Assembly (NCBI RefSeq): GCF_018350175.1
Contig: NC_058368.1
Span: 69,194,001 to 69,258,000 of the forward strand
Origin: Felis catus
Lineage: Eukaryota
DNA: 64,000 nt
Direction of reading: 5' to 3'
Shown: positions 12,680 through 26,199 of the stretch, piece by piece
Layout: each line of letters opens with the position of its first letter
Position numbering within the stretch: the stretch's first letter is position 1
Program-made: the position numbers and the translations under genes
Notes under the pieces: generated by a model
The model's database searches: none
Told to the model about the DNA's origin: nothing
Seen by the model: only the letters and a program-made list of their open reading frames with translations

Positions 12680-13651
12680 CTAAAAACAAATTACATTATG
12701 CAATGTCTCCTCTAATTCCAGCATGAGGACACTCAAGGGTTTGTATTCACATTTTCAGGGAGTGGCAAGTTCTCTGATTTTTTTTTTTGGAGTATTTTTC
12801 ATTTCGATGCTCTTATTAATATAAATATAACTTCTGGGTAATCACCTTATAACCTATAACCAATTATCTTCCCAGATTTCGTTGCCCATGTTTGCAGTCA
12901 TGATTGGTTATGTTGGAGAAAAGTAGACCCATCCAAGCTAATGAGAAAAGAAGTGATATTAATCCATAAAGGAAGCATTTTCACTAAACGAGAAGACACT
13001 AAGGCTAAAATGGCCCACTACGCAAATGAAGGTTTGCCCCACTTTAAATAGGAAAAAAGAGGGGGTGGGGAAATTGATTAACCACACAGCCCATGGGGGG
13101 ATAGGCAGAGCAACCTTGTTACCACATTCAGGTAGTAAATAACAATTCTATTCTAGCCAAACTCAAGAAATGACAAGGTATCCCACACCCAGTTAATGTT
13201 GTCAACTTAGTTTTTAAATTTTTATTTGTATTAACTATATAATTTGATTTTAATGAATCATTTTACAAGAGCTATAAATATAAGGGCTTTTAATCCTAGT
13301 TTTATGTTGGTATGAGTATCAGTAAAACAATATAAAAATGATTTAAGTCAAAAATTAAAATCTCAAAAATTTTATTATCCTTTTTGCTCAAATTTGAGAA
13401 ATAATGAAATATGCCTGATCCTTTACATTTGCCGAAAATGCGAAGGGCCATTTTTCAAGCGATTCTAACTAAAAGGGAAGAGTTTTAGAATAAGCAAAGG
13501 AAAAATGGTCAAGGAACCAGTTCAGATCCCAACTATGCCACTTGAAGGCTGACAGTCCTTGTCGGAAGCTGCTTTCTCTTCCGTGGGCCTCCGTTTTATT
13601 ATCTGTGAAATAAGGAGGTCTTAATAAATGATTTTTTTTTTTTCAGGTTAC

Positions 13652-13976
13652 TTCTAACTCAGAAATATTATGATTCTGCTGGTCCTTTAATCTGAAGACG
13701 TTAGCTGGCAGTCTCCGGCTCACAGAAGCCTGCCCTCTGCTGGCCGTATCCCAGAGCTGCAATCCTGACAGCCACCTAGTGGAAAAGTAAAGGTGTCTGG
13801 GGGTAGGCTGGGGTACTGAGAAACGTAGTTTGCTTCTCTTTCCCATCCCCTTTGTCTTATTTTCTCCCTTCTCGGAGTTTTTGTTGAAATCAAGTGAATC
13901 TGGAAGATGTCCTTCACGGGTGGCCTCATCTCTACCCTCTCTTTAGAAAGGAGCCCTGTGGTATTCCATCCATCAC
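13652..13976 (-). pseudogene. Candidate fossil exon, repeat III-IV linker
   Basis: AG/GT-bounded with a long hydrophilic open stretch (REGRDEATREGHLPDSLDFNKN...QQNHNISELE). No family motif. Confidence 0.35.
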
Positions 13977-14158
13977 CTACAACAGGTAGGTTTATACCAC
14001 AAGACACCCCCTCACACACACTCACTGCAGCTGACTGGCAAATCAAGAGCAGCTAATCTTCAAACCACTCAGCAGCCAGTCCATGGGACGAGTGGAGAAA
14101 AAAGAAGAACTGGATGGTCTAGAGTTTGGTATCTAATTAATCCAATCGGGAGCGAAAG

Positions 14159-14698
14159 TGGTGTGTAGTCTGCTCCCGGGATGTCCCCCTGGGTCCCCAC
14201 TTCCTGACGTGCATGCCTTTGTGTCCTCCCCTCACACACCAACCAGGGCTGACCTGTGGAAGCAACAAGATATCGCGAAAATGGCAGAGTGTGACTTCTG
14301 AGGCTAGGTTGTAACAGAGGGCCGCTGCCATCTTGCTTGCTTGTGGATCACCCCCTGTGGGTAGGAAAAGCCAGCCACTTTTGCAATGTCTTGAGGACAC
14401 TCAGGAAGCCTGTAGAGAGAGGTCCACGTGGCAAGGAACTGAGTCCTCCTGCCAATAGCCATATGGGTGAGCCGTCCTAGAAGAGGATCCTCAACCCATA
14501 GTCGAGTACCTAAGGTGACCACAGCCCAAGTCAATGTCCTGACTGCATCCTCATGAGTGACCGTCAACCTGAAAAACTCAGCTAGCCTGCCCTGAGTACC
14601 TGGCCGACAGAAACTATACAAGATAACGAGGGTTTATCTCTCGAAGCCACAAAGTTATGAGGTAATATTGCGTTACACAGCAATATATATCTAACACA
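14159..14698 (+). mobile_element. MaLR LTR (MLT1F-like)
   Basis: gtgtgacttctgaggctaggtt, ccacgtggcaaggaactgag and the terminal aagccac...ctaacaca blocks. Confidence 0.75.
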
Positions 14699-14822
14699 AG
14701 AGACGAAGCCCTAAAGGCATCCTTTATGGCATTTGGGGAATATTTGGGACTTTGAGAAGTTCTGATATACTATGGCCCTCCTGAGGTCAGTCTCACCTGT
14801 ATGCACTAAACAAGAAGGTCTA

Positions 14823-14996
14823 GGGGCACCTGGGTGGCTCAGTTGGTTAAGTGTCCGACTTGGACTCAGGTCATGATCTCACGGTTCGTGAGTTCAAGCC
14901 CTGTGTCGGGCTCTGTGCTGACAGCTCGGACCCTGAAGCCTGCTTCAGATTCTGTGTCTCTCTCTCTCTCTCTCTCTGCCCCTCCCCCACTCACAC

Positions 14997-15036
<40 letters not shown>

Positions 15037-15068
15037 AATAAATAAACATTTAAAAAAACTTGAAAAAA
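14823..15068 (+). mobile_element. CAN-SINE (feline type)
   Basis: ggggcacctgggtggctcag head, (CT)n, A-tail; TSD aagaaggtcta. Confidence 0.95.
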
Positions 15069-15213
15069 AAGAAGGTCTAGAAGTTCTCACAGGATAGTTA
15101 TAAATAGCAACGTATGGAGGCAAATATGACTAGAAAAGAAATGTTGGTAATTCTCTGACCAATTTTGTAAATAAACATAATGTAGAATCATGACATAAGA
15201 AATTAGTCAAGGA

Positions 15214-15421
15214 GAGGCACCTGGGTAACTCAGTCAGTTAAGCATCAGACTCTTGGTTTCTGTTCAGGTCATGATCTCACCATTTTGTGAGTTTAAGCCC
15301 CACATCGGGCTCTGTGCTAGCAGCATGGAGTCTGCTTGGAATTCTCTGTCTCCTCTCTCTCTGCCCCTCTCCCGTTTGCACTCTCTGTGTCTTTCCAAAT
15401 AAATAAATAAACTTAAAAAAA
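15214..15421 (+). mobile_element. CAN-SINE
   Basis: tRNA-derived head, CT tract, A-tail; TSD aagaaattagtcaagga. Confidence 0.93.
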
Positions 15422-16302
15422 AAGAAATTAGTCAAGGAAAACACAAAACTTTAATTCATATGTAAAATACTTGGCATTCTTGGCCATAAGGCATACTAAG
15501 ACAAAAGTAACACATCTAGAATGAATGTATCTTTGTTTATGGATGCATTCAAAGGGGTGAGGCGTCGGGGATGTAAGAGAAGGATAAATATAAAAACCAA
15601 GCCTGAGAACGATGGGGCTGGGGAAATTGCCAATGCTGTAGGGCCAATCCCTGCCTAAGAGAACTAAGAAGTCCAGCCCACTGTGTCCAAAGGAGCATGA
15701 AAAATCTGCTTGCTTGAGGCAGAGATCAGTATCTGGGGACGTTTTATCTGAATGGTGGCACCTCAACAGCTGGTCAGGTCTTAGGCAATCAGTCCATCAA
15801 CAGTCTATCTGGTCAGTGCTGAGAACAACAGAGCAGTGCACAGCTGGGGAAAATGTTAAGGTTCTCTTCCTCAATAGAAGTAAGGTTTAGGTCAAGACTC
15901 CTGGCTCAGGAGAGAGGCTGAGACAGAGTATAGATTGGATCATCTCAGTAGGACTAAAGAGAAGGCTGGGACTCAGATACATGTGTGTCCATGGCTCAGC
16001 CAAACACAACGGTACCAAGACACTCCTGATTCCTGATCTCTGGAGGTTCAGGGCTGGTTCCAGAACTGGTTGGGGCTGACCAGACAAGCTCTGACAGACA
16101 ACTGGATGTTGCTAATAACTATTGTTCCACCGGGGTTGTTTTAAATAAACCAACTGAGCAAAATATTTACTGATGGTCAAAAGGTATAAACAAGGGGAAG
16201 TGTTTCCCCTGATGTTTTCTGGGAAACCATTCTTCTTGTGGCCGCTCTTTAGAATCAGAGGGACTCTGACTCAAGATTTGATTGAACCATCAAGGTTAAT
16301 GA

Positions 16303-16344
<42 letters not shown>

Positions 16345-17475
16345 GCACACATGCCCAAGAGAGTATAAAAAGGTTTATTACTCACATCATAAGGCTTTCT
16401 GGGGAGAGCAAAATAGGATTCCCAAGCTGGTCTGAAAAGTGGCCTGAGAGCAGGGAAAGGAGATTGAGTTTTTATTGTGGTTGGGAGTAGGGTTGTGCTG
16501 GCCCAGTTTGAACCTTCTTCCAGTGCCAAAGGAGGTAGCACCCAGGCTTTCTTATCAGCTTGCCTAAATATAAGGCACAAGAGGAAGAGAGAGGGTGAGG
16601 CTTAAGGGCTGCCGGCAGTCATACATCAAAAAATAGAGTCAAATTCTTTATTAAAACCCTTGACAACACTTTGTATTTGTGTATTGCATTTTACATTTCT
16701 TCAAAGAATTTTTGTGCATTTTGCAATAGGTTTGATTTAAATGGAAGCAACCTCAATGACTAATCAGGGAGACTCAATCAACTTTTGCCATAAAAATGCA
16801 TTTTTATTTGGAATTACCTTGCTACCCATTTTTCAAAAAACAGCTGAAATGCCAGAGCATTCATAGAATTACAAAGGTACACGCTCGATCATGAATCTTA
16901 TATTTTATTATCAGTTTTCTAGTCATATCAGCAAACTAAATAGTGACATGATTATTTTTGCCATAGTCAAGTAAAGCAGAGGCCGGTTTCGACACAGCGC
17001 GATGAAGCATCGCTAACCCAAGAGGTGAATGAAGCGTGTGCGGGAGATGTTGCTTTTATGCTGTGCCAGGAAGGCAGAAGCCTCCATCAAAGCCAGAGTC
17101 AAACATGAAAAGTGGCATTCAAATACTGTTTTACGGTTTAAAATGAATTTGTATTATGTTTATAGTTTGTCTCCCCATACTAGCATGTAAGGCCTACGGG
17201 TAAAGAGATTTTACTTCTATGCTCCTTGTTATGGTATCTTCAGAGCAACAAACAGTGCCCTGTACATAGCAGGCACTTATGAATGAATGAATGAATGAAT
17301 GAATGAATGAATGAAAATGTGATCCAAACACATTAAAGAGAACCAACACTTGAACCCTAACTCTACCCCTAAACTTAAACTCTTAACCACAGTACTCACT
17401 AAAACAAGAACTGCACGTCTGGCAGGAAACAACCTACCCTAACCACTCCCCATGATAAAAAACAAAAGGTGTTGG

Positions 17476-17661
17476 ATGGCCTGGGTGGCTCAGTTGGTGG
17501 AGCATCAGACTCTTGTTGTCAGCTCAGGTCATGATCTCACAGTTCATGTGACCCTGCGTCGGGCTCTGTGCTGACTGCACAGAGCCTGCTTAGAATTCTC
17601 TGTCCCTCTCTTTCTGCCCCCCCACCTCAAGATAAATAAAGAAACTTAAAAAAAAAAAAAA
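17476..17661 (+). mobile_element. CAN-SINE
   Basis: cctgggtggctcagttgg head and A-tail. Confidence 0.9.
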
Positions 17662-17904
17662 GATGCTGGAAATGACTCTTGGAGGACCATTCTGTCTGAC
17701 TGCTCTCGATTGTCAAGGCATGTCACTTCTCACAGGAAGGTGTGACCCTTTCACAAGATTTCAGCAACCGTATAAAGTCAAATGCTAACGTGAGTAGTCC
17801 CGTCTGCAATAATACTTTTACGTTGGATATAACAGAGACAACCACTGCGGCCACCAAGAAATCATTTCAAGTGGATAAAATACTCACATTTTAAATTTAA
17901 TGAT

Positions 17905-18170
17905 TAAGTCAGACAAAGAAAGACAAATATTGTATGATCTCACTTATATGTGGGATCTCCCAAAGCCAAACCTAAAGAGTAGAACGGTGATAGCCAGGAT
18001 GGGGGTGGGGGGGATGGGGAAAATGGGGAGATGCTGGTCGTGGGGCACAGACTTCCAGTTGTAAGATAAATAAGTTCTGGGGATGTGACGTGCAGCACGG
18101 TGACCCATCATTAACAACGCAATAGTGTATACTTGCAATTTGCTAAGACATTTGATCTTAAATGTTCTTA

Positions 18171-18210
<40 letters not shown>

Positions 18211-18375
18211 ATACATACACACACAACGGTAACCATGGGAGGTAATACATGTGTCAACTCACCTTGTGTAGCAAGCAGTTCACAATACGTACGCACACCA
18301 AGTCATCACATTATACAACTTAAACTTACACAGCGTTATATGTCAATTATATACCAATAAAGCTGAAGGGAAATA
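17905..18375 (+). mobile_element. L1MA-type 3' end with (CA)n
   Basis: agacaaatattgtatgatctcacttatatgtgg...caataaagctg. Confidence 0.8.
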
Positions 18376-18839
18376 TTTTAAATAAATCAATTGAACTCTT
18401 AATGAAAACTATGTATAGTAACATCTAACCAAAAGGGGGGGTCAGGAAGGAACATGGATATAGATATATGCATAGCAGCTATCTAAAAGGGTAGAGCAAA
18501 GTTTTGTTCAACGGCTACTATGGTGAAGTAGAGTTTTGAAAGGGTAACAAGAGTGGGGAGTAAGTATAGAGCATACTGAAGACTTGCTCTTTGCTCGATA
18601 TGATTTTGAATCGGTGTAATTTTTTTTTACATACACATGGAATTTGTTATAATTTTTCATTTGTTATGATTACAGCATCCCATAATGCTTTACCCCATAT
18701 ATCACAAGCACTCCATATATATTAGTGGATGATGTTACAAACACACGTGTTATGGCCCCCAACCCAATTTGCCTTAACACTCATCCTGTTTTTTATCTAT
18801 GTATTTATGTTGATATAAATACGTGCTTTACATTTATAT

Positions 18840-19047
18840 ATTTTTTAAGTTTATTCATTTATTTTTAAAGAGAGAGAGGAAGCAGGGGAGGGGCAGAGAG
18901 AGAGGAGAGAGAGAATTCCAAGCAGGCTCCACACTGTCAGCACAGAGCCCAATGAGGGACTTGGACTCACAAACCATGAGATCATGCATGACCTGAGCCC
19001 AAACCACGAGTCAGATGCTTAAACGACTGAGCCACCCAGGCTCCCCT
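18840..19047 (-). mobile_element. CAN-SINE
   Basis: Antisense head ctgagccacccaggctcccc, (GA)n, T-tail. Confidence 0.92.
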
Positions 19048-19164
19048 ATGTTTATATTTTTATAAAATAAGTTTGTGCAAACATCTGCACTCCTTTTAGA
19101 ATTATCTCACGCTAATAATTTAGCATGATTTCTAAAACTGGCACAAACAAAAACTATTATCTTA

Positions 19165-19830
19165 AAGAGAGAAAGTAAGCGCTGGTGAGAATGTGAAGAA
19201 ATTAAAACCTTGTGCACTGTTGGTGGGAATACACAATAATGCAAGCACTATGGAAACCAGCAGGTAGTTCCTCAACAAAACTGACGACAGAACTACCTTA
19301 CGACCCAGCAATGCCACTGCTGGGGATGGCCCCAAAGGAGTATGAGAGCAGGGTCTCAAGGAGACATTTGTATGCCACATTCACAGCAGCTCTGGGCACA
19401 ACCACCAAAAGGTGGAAGCAACCCAAATGTCTATCAACAGAGGAGCAGATAAATAAAACCCGGTGTATACATACAATGGGTTATTACCCAGCCTTAAAAA
19501 GGAGGGAAATCCCACGATGTGCTATAACACGGATGAAGCTTGACAACAGTATGCTCAGTGAACTAAACCTGTCTTGAAAAGAAAAACACTGTGTGATTCC
19601 ACTAATATTAGATATATAAAGTAATCAAATTTATAGAGACTAAAAGCAGATGGTGGTTGCCAGGGGCTGAGGAAAGGAGAAATGGGGAGCTGTTATTTAA
19701 TGGGGACCGAGTTTCAGTTTTGCAAGATGAGAAAGTTCCGAAGATGTTCCACAACAGTGTGAATATATTTAACACTACTGAGCTGTACATTTAAAAATGG
19801 TTAAAATGGCAAATTTTATGTTACATGCTT
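19165..19830 (+). mobile_element. Old L1 (L1MA/MB) ORF2 end and 3' UTR
   Basis: HCWWE...ELPYDPA.PLLG...RWKQPKC peptide. Confidence 0.88.
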
Positions 19831-19840
19831 TTATGTTTAT

Positions 19841-20059
19841 TTTTTTTTAAGTTTATTTATATATTTTGATAGAGAGAGGGAGAGAGAGAGTACAAGCGGG
19901 GGAGGAACAGAGAAAGAAGGAGAGAGAGAGAATCCCAAGCAGGCTCCTCACTGTCAGCATACAGCCCGATACGGGGCTTGAACCCACGAACCATAGGTTC
20001 ATGACCTGAGCTGAAATCAAGAGTTGGATGCTTAACCGACTGAGCCACCCAGGCGCCCC
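19841..20059 (-). mobile_element. CAN-SINE
   Basis: Antisense head gactgagccacccaggcgcccc. Confidence 0.93.
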
Positions 20060-23000
20060 TACTACAACTTGTAAAGAAAACTTAAAAACTGGCACCAACA
20101 GTACTTTGATCTCTGAATAACCCCTTGAGCTAATTATTAAACCCACTTTACAGGCAAAAAAACTGAGGCTCAGGGAAGACGTGGCAACTAAGATGGATCC
20201 GCCGGGCTGCAGCCCAGAACCCAATCGATAAGGCCCATCAAAACAGCTGCAGACATGGTGGCCGTCAATGACGGTTTCCGGTTATGTATTAATTCGTGAA
20301 ACGTACATTGTTCGCTCCCATCAAATTAAACAGCATTCGTAAGTGAGAATTAAAACAAACGCTTCTCACGAGACCCAGCCTGTCTCTGTTTGCTATTTTT
20401 GGCCTGCGTATGCAATTGCAGCCAACTACACATTAAACAAAATATTGCATGATCTGTTTACTGGGAATACGTCACTTACTTTATCGTTGACTTACGGGCT
20501 GAATGAAAAGATGCAGGCTGATGTCTGAAACCTGCAACTAGCCCTGACCCACACGGGGGCAAGAAGTCCTAGTTCAATATTACACAACTCTACAGAAATT
20601 CAAGCTTGCCCCTGGTCAATCTGACCTTGAGCTATAGCGTAAGTAACTGAGCTTTATACCACCCTACTACCTTTAGGCTCAAAATTCAGTACTCAAAACT
20701 CCTGTTTGAGGCCTTATCCTTCTCTTGCCTTCCTTCAGCCCTCCCTCTGCATCTGCTCATTCATTCAACATTCATTCATCAGACGTCTATTAACTGGTTA
20801 CTAAGTCTCAGGCACCATTCTAGGCACTGGGCATGCATCAGCGGTGGGGGGAGAAAACAGACGCAGATCTTTGCCCTCTTGGAGCATTTGGAAAGAAGAA
20901 AAAGCATATTGGGAATTACAATGGTGGTCAGGCTGTGCGGGAGAGGCCTCACAAGAAGGTAAAAATCTCAGCAAGAACGTAAAGAGGGTGAGGGAGTGAG
21001 TCCAGCAGTGGCCAGGGCAATGGAATCCCAAACTGCATTCAAACCAAGGCCAACACTCTAAGGCTGGGGAGAGTTTGGCACGTTCAAAAGGCAGAGTCAA
21101 CAGCCGGAGAAGAGCCCTTGCTGATGATGCCAGAGGGGTGGAGCTATTGCAAGACATGAGCCCGCCCCTTCAACCTAGTCTCTGCTTCATCCCCGCAGGG
21201 TATTCAATCAGAGGGGCCAGAAGTCAGAGAGACCTGTACCAGTATTCCCTTTACACCTGCACCCACTTGGTGCCTTTGAGAAGTAGTTCCCTCCTACCTG
21301 TAAAATAAGCACTTTATGCAAGTGATGTCAGTTGATCTTTTGAAACGCTCTGTGACACAGGGACCAGTATTTCCACGGTGAAGCTTAAAAACTGAAGTGT
21401 GTAGGTTTCAAGAGGAGCTGTTCGCCTGGGAAATGGCTGACTCCGGATGTGAATTCTGGTCATCTGATCCCAAAACCTATGTCCTTCCTCACTACCCAGG
21501 AGCTGCATTCTATGTGTGTCAGAGGCTGGTACATAATAGGTACTCAATAAATGTGATTCCCTGATGAGTTCCCTGAGGTTGTCTGCCTTCTTGGAAGATC
21601 TCCGAGTGCTGTCTGTTCTTCCACTCTTCATTGCTCGTGAGCGCCCTCTTATTTCCCAAATCAAGCCCAAGAGTGCTGAATGCCTCTCTACTGCCAATGC
21701 AGCATGGCCTGGGGCAAGTCACGTCTTCGCTTGTACAAAACTGGGTTTGATGATGATGCCTGCCAGCTCTGATGGTGGACACACAAGAGAGAATCCCTGG
21801 AAGGTATTTCTCCCAGAGCCTCCAGCCTCTTAAGAGACACTTGACACTAGTTTTCATCATGCCTTCCAGAACTTGCTTTTTACTTTCCTGGCTGGCCTCT
21901 AACCAGCAGTAGATTGAGCCAGCCCCACTCCAAAGACGGGGATGCAGGGTGGGGCTGTGGGTTCTAACCCCCTGTAGCCTCCTCAGAAATTGCTGGCCAC
22001 AGCACCAAATACATCTAATGGCTTAAGCAAGCATGTCTATTTGATACTTTTCATGTTTTAGCTACAAATATGGTTGGGGGGGGGGGCGGGCAGGAAGGTG
22101 ACTAACTCCACTGGGGCCAATTTAGACTGTTTATGTACTTCCAGTTTTCCTGGAAATAAAAGTTCACTAATCTTTACAATCTACAAAACTTTCCCTTTTA
22201 GGAAGATTAGTACAAATAGGGCTGTGGCGTTGCTCAGCTCCAGGAGGTATTGTTGCCAAGTGAGTCTACATGGGGCTGTGCAGCTGGTGACCCGAGCGAC
22301 AAGAAGGACAGATGTGCACCCATCCCCCAGCTCCCGTGCATGTCGCCTGCTGGGACCTCAGCTACCACCTTCTCTGGAGAACTGTCTTTCCCAAAGGGAG
22401 CCTCAGCCAGGCCCGAAGGCCAATGGAAGGAGGACAAAATGGTCAACACATAGACACTTTGGGTGAGTGTTAGAAATCACCTTCATTACCGATGGTGGTG
22501 GTCCTTCATGACAGGCTGACCTGAGACATCATTAAAGCCTGGCTCCTGGTTCTAACTCAGGACTTTTCCACTGGATGACATTATGGGTCCGACCCAGCTC
22601 AGTCTCAAGTCTGTGATTTTGACCCACCCACTCTCTCAATCAAAATTCAGATGTAGTTCCCAAGTTGGCATTCTTTCCAGACTGAACAAAAGTTATGAGT
22701 CACGGAGAAAGGAGTCCAAGAAGAGACTCAGATTTCCAAATCTAAACCTCAGAAAAATAGAAGCAAAATGTTTTCTTTGGAGAACCCACATCCCTGCCCT
22801 GAAAAAAAAAAAATCTCAATTTCTAACTCTTAAAGCACAACCTGTCAAAATAGCTGGATTGGGCTGAGTATATTGCAGCTGTGACAAATTTCACAATGAT
22901 TTAATATAATTTTAAACAATCCACATTTTAAATTATGTCAGTGACTCCAAAGACAGAACAGTCCTGTAGCAATATGCATCTATTTGTGTGTGAAATATGT

Positions 23001-23328
23001 CCTTATTTCCTTAAAAGAACGTTTGCAAAAGGATTTAACTCAGAATTACGTGAATTGATTTAATTCAACTATTTGGATGCCTGGATTCTCAGCAAAATGG
23101 CCACTCTCGATATAAATCACCTTATAGCATTAAAAGATACTAAACAATGATAATGCCTATTAAGGCACAGCCCTATCTCAAGCAAATTCTTTTAATATGG
23201 GAAATATATTTTCTGTCTCTAAAGATAATAGTAAATGCTTGGAATTTTCTGTCATTGAACTAAAAGAATATTAGAGCCCCATCTGGTGGATTTGATGTTG
23301 ATCCAGGAGATAAAATGAAATTTTTTAC

Positions 23329-23474
23329 CAAGCCGTTTACTGAGCACTGCACTGTTACTGCTTTTAGGATTTGGATGTTGATCTCTGTGTCTTCATTTTC
23401 CATTCGGTGTGTATTTCCTTCTGTCTGAATGGTGGACTGTCCTTCCAGCATTGGCCCATCTCCTCTCTCTTGTC
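23329..23474 (-). pseudogene. Fossil exon, repeat III-IV linker
   Basis: Acceptor ctctctgtttctctag. Stop-free QERGDGPMLEGQSTIQTEGNTHRMENEDTEINIQILKAVTVQCSVNGL. Donor gtaaaa. Confidence 0.5.
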
Positions 23475-23669
23475 CTAGAGAAACAGAGAGTGATGAACAC
23501 AGTTCTTTATATGTTAAACATTATATGGAGACTAACATTCCAAAAGGACATATTGTAACAAAGTAGAGAGGTTATATAATTTAATCACATAATTGGATCC
23601 CAGCATAAATTAAATATTACGTGTGATGTGTATGCCTTATAAATTATTGAATTTATAATATTAAAACAT

Positions 23670-23873
23670 ATTTTTTTAAGTTTATTTATTTTGAGAGACA
23701 GAGAGAAAGTGGGAGAGGGGCAGAGAGAGAGGGAGAGAGAGAAAATCCCAAGCAGGCTCTGCACCGTCATCGCAGAGCCCCATGCAGGGCTTGAACTTAC
23801 GGATTCTGCTATCGTGTACCTGAGCCAAAACCAAGAGTCAGACACTTAACCGACTGAGTCACCCAGAGGCCCC
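23670..23873 (-). mobile_element. CAN-SINE
   Basis: Antisense head, (GA)n, T-tail. Confidence 0.9.
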
Positions 23874-24282
23874 AAACACATATACATATTAAACTTCATA
23901 TATACCTTGTAAGTATATGTGAGATAGGATTGAGCAAAAGGAGGAGAAAAAGAGAGACACCACATTTATCTGGTTCCTGCAAGTATCAGCTGTGTAGCAA
24001 GATTTAACACTGGAGTTCTGCTAAGTGCAGCTTTTATAGTATTTATAGCAGATACAGCACAGCTGTACCATCACATTTTGGGGGATGCTTTGAATCTTGG
24101 GACCTCTGCTCAGTTCCAAGTGGCTCTCTACATGTCCGTTTCTCTTCCCTCTGGACCACTGGCTGGTTCTTTGTATTTACTCTGTATGTCCTTTCTCTAC
24201 CACTCGACTTCTCTTGACTCACCATATCCACTACTCCCTCTTGACTTTACCTGGAATGCAGAATATCATGGGTTTCTCTTAC

Positions 24283-24323
24283 CTCTTTCTTCATAATAAC
24301 CTTTGGGTTTCAGCCAACTTTTC
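24283..24323 (-). pseudogene. Fossil exon, repeat III-IV linker
   Basis: 41 bp, phase 2-1, donor gag|gtaaga. Reads KSWLKPKGYYEER in frame with both neighbours. Confidence 0.5.
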
Positions 24324-25614
24324 CTACATTTCAAAACTAAATTTTCCAAAGAGAGAAACTGATCAGCCAACCTGAGCAGGGGATGAGGGAAAGTTTGGCC
24401 AGCCTTGAACGGCGGTCCTTGGGTCAAATTCCCATTCTTGGCCCATAAAAGGAGCAGGGTGGGAAGTGGGGATATGATCATGCCGTGCCCACCAGCCTCC
24501 CCTCTCATCAGTGACTGTGGGCAGAGGATTCCCTCCAAAGGGGATTATGCACATGGTAGACATTCTGTGACCTGACTGTCCAACCAATACTTTCCTTCTT
24601 ACAATTTACAGATCGGTACTCTGCATTGCCCATTAATTGCTTGTGGAGCCTGTGAGTTGAATCAAACCCTACTCCTTTTGGTTGTATGGAGTAAAATAGA
24701 AGTTTTGAATCTGAAAATTAACACATATGATCTAGAGTTTATGGTGACTTCCGTCAAGTTACAAAAGTTATGAGGCTCAAAGCCAAAACACCATCTAACT
24801 TTTCTACACTAAATAGTCTTTTTTAAAAAACCATGGAACTACCAGAAATGGAAACATACATAATCCACTTAACTTCACCCAGTATCTCCTGAGTACACAG
24901 ATGGCCATAGCACTGAGCTGGATGCCTGAAAAGAAGAAGAAAATTATCTGGGCTCTGCCTTCAAAATGTACACTCTATGATGGAGACTGATCGATCGGCA
25001 TCTCCATTTTCAATTCGGTATTATCACCATTTGTTTTCCTTTTCTGTATATATTATGGGCAAAATAAGCTAAACAGAGCTGAATCCAATATGCTCAAAAA
25101 GTGTGTTGGGTATTCCAAAACGTCTTTGAAAACACCTTCCCTGGGAGTCTCAGGCATGCCTCACTCTGGTCCCATATGAAGGAGTTCAGTTCAGACATCA
25201 TGCTATGAGGCACTTACATGCATAACAAAGCCCACTCATGAAGGGGAAAGGACTAGAAAAAGGGGAGGGAGACAAGAGACTCTTGGAACTCTCTAGCTCA
25301 CCCCCTTTATTCTACAAATATAGAAACAGTGCTTCAGAGAAGGGAGCAGTTTGGGCTGAGGCCACGCACTGAACAGCAGAGTTGGGACCAATGCTTGCAC
25401 AGGTGACACCAGGATTAAAGACAGTTGGACTATCTGACTCGGAGAAGAGGAGACGTCGCCAGACAGATCACCAACGACCAGAAAGGCGGTCAAGGCAAAA
25501 GCATGGCAGCTTTTTCCTCCTCTCGTCACATATTCAGTCAACTCACACTTGCTCCCTCCTCGCGTCACACATACAGCATAAGTGACGTAGGAAATGGTGA
25601 AAGAGGTTTTACAC

Positions 25615-25722
25615 CGTGAGCTGCATCCGGCTTTGCCCGTGACTCGCGAAGTGCTTCTAGCCAGCTTGCCTTCTTCCGGCTCCAATTCTCTTAGTAAAGT
25701 CGACCTACTTTCGTTTTCTACT
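25615..25722 (-). pseudogene. Fossil exon after CNBD3
   Basis: 108 bp, phase 2-2, stop-free: VENESRSTLLRELEPEEGKLARSTSRVTGKAGCSSR. Confidence 0.5.
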
Positions 25723-25990
25723 CTGTCCCCAGAGGTGTGTGAAAGTAAGGATTTGACTGTGGCGCAGTATTGCCACTTTTTAGTGAAAAGCAGGACACGT
25801 GAACAAAGAAATATCGCCAGTATTCTCTATTATTTACCATCTTATTACCAAGGTTTTATCTAATGGGGGTTGTGCTGGTTCCTCATTGATGGCCTAGGCT
25901 CCAAATCCATCTTTCTCTGCCCTGCTTGGTAACAGTGGAACCGGACCCTGTGGACCGGTCTCCTTTGCCAGTTAGCTTGATGCTTGTTTT

Positions 25991-26009
25991 TGCCAACAGG
26001 GGGCGCTGG
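25991..26009 (+). promoter_or_regulatory. Candidate CTCF-binding motif
   Basis: TGCCAACAGGGGGCGCTGG closely matches the CTCF core consensus (GCCACCAGGGGGCGC). Confidence 0.5.
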
Positions 26010-26057
26010 CCGGGCGAAACAGGAGGCGGGGACTGTCCCCGCCTCTGCAGCGCTCAC

Positions 26058-26159
26058 CTGGGCAGTTTCAGCCCAGTTGCACCCAGGCCCCCAGCGCGTG
26101 TCATCCATCACCGGCAGGACGCCTGTTTTGAGGCTACCTTCCCCGTCACCAAAGAAGAC
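26058..26159 (-). pseudogene. Fossil exon, CNBD3 core
   Basis: VFFGDG (cf. the F-G-E phosphate-binding-cassette start), then KQASCR*WMTR...GLKLPR. Donor cag|gtgagc. Confidence 0.55.
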
Positions 26160-26199
26160 CTGATCCAAACTGGTGGAGGGCTGGGATCTCTTTTAAATT

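Noticed and set aside
13720..13775. VAVRIAALGYGQ containing GYG
   Set aside because: It lies upstream of repeat IV S1, the wrong position for a pore, and in a frame that soon stops. Likely chance.
21560..22450. Possible linker exons at ~21.56-21.77 kb and ~22.24-22.42 kb
   Set aside because: Frames and splice sites could not be fixed, so they are mentioned only as possibilities.
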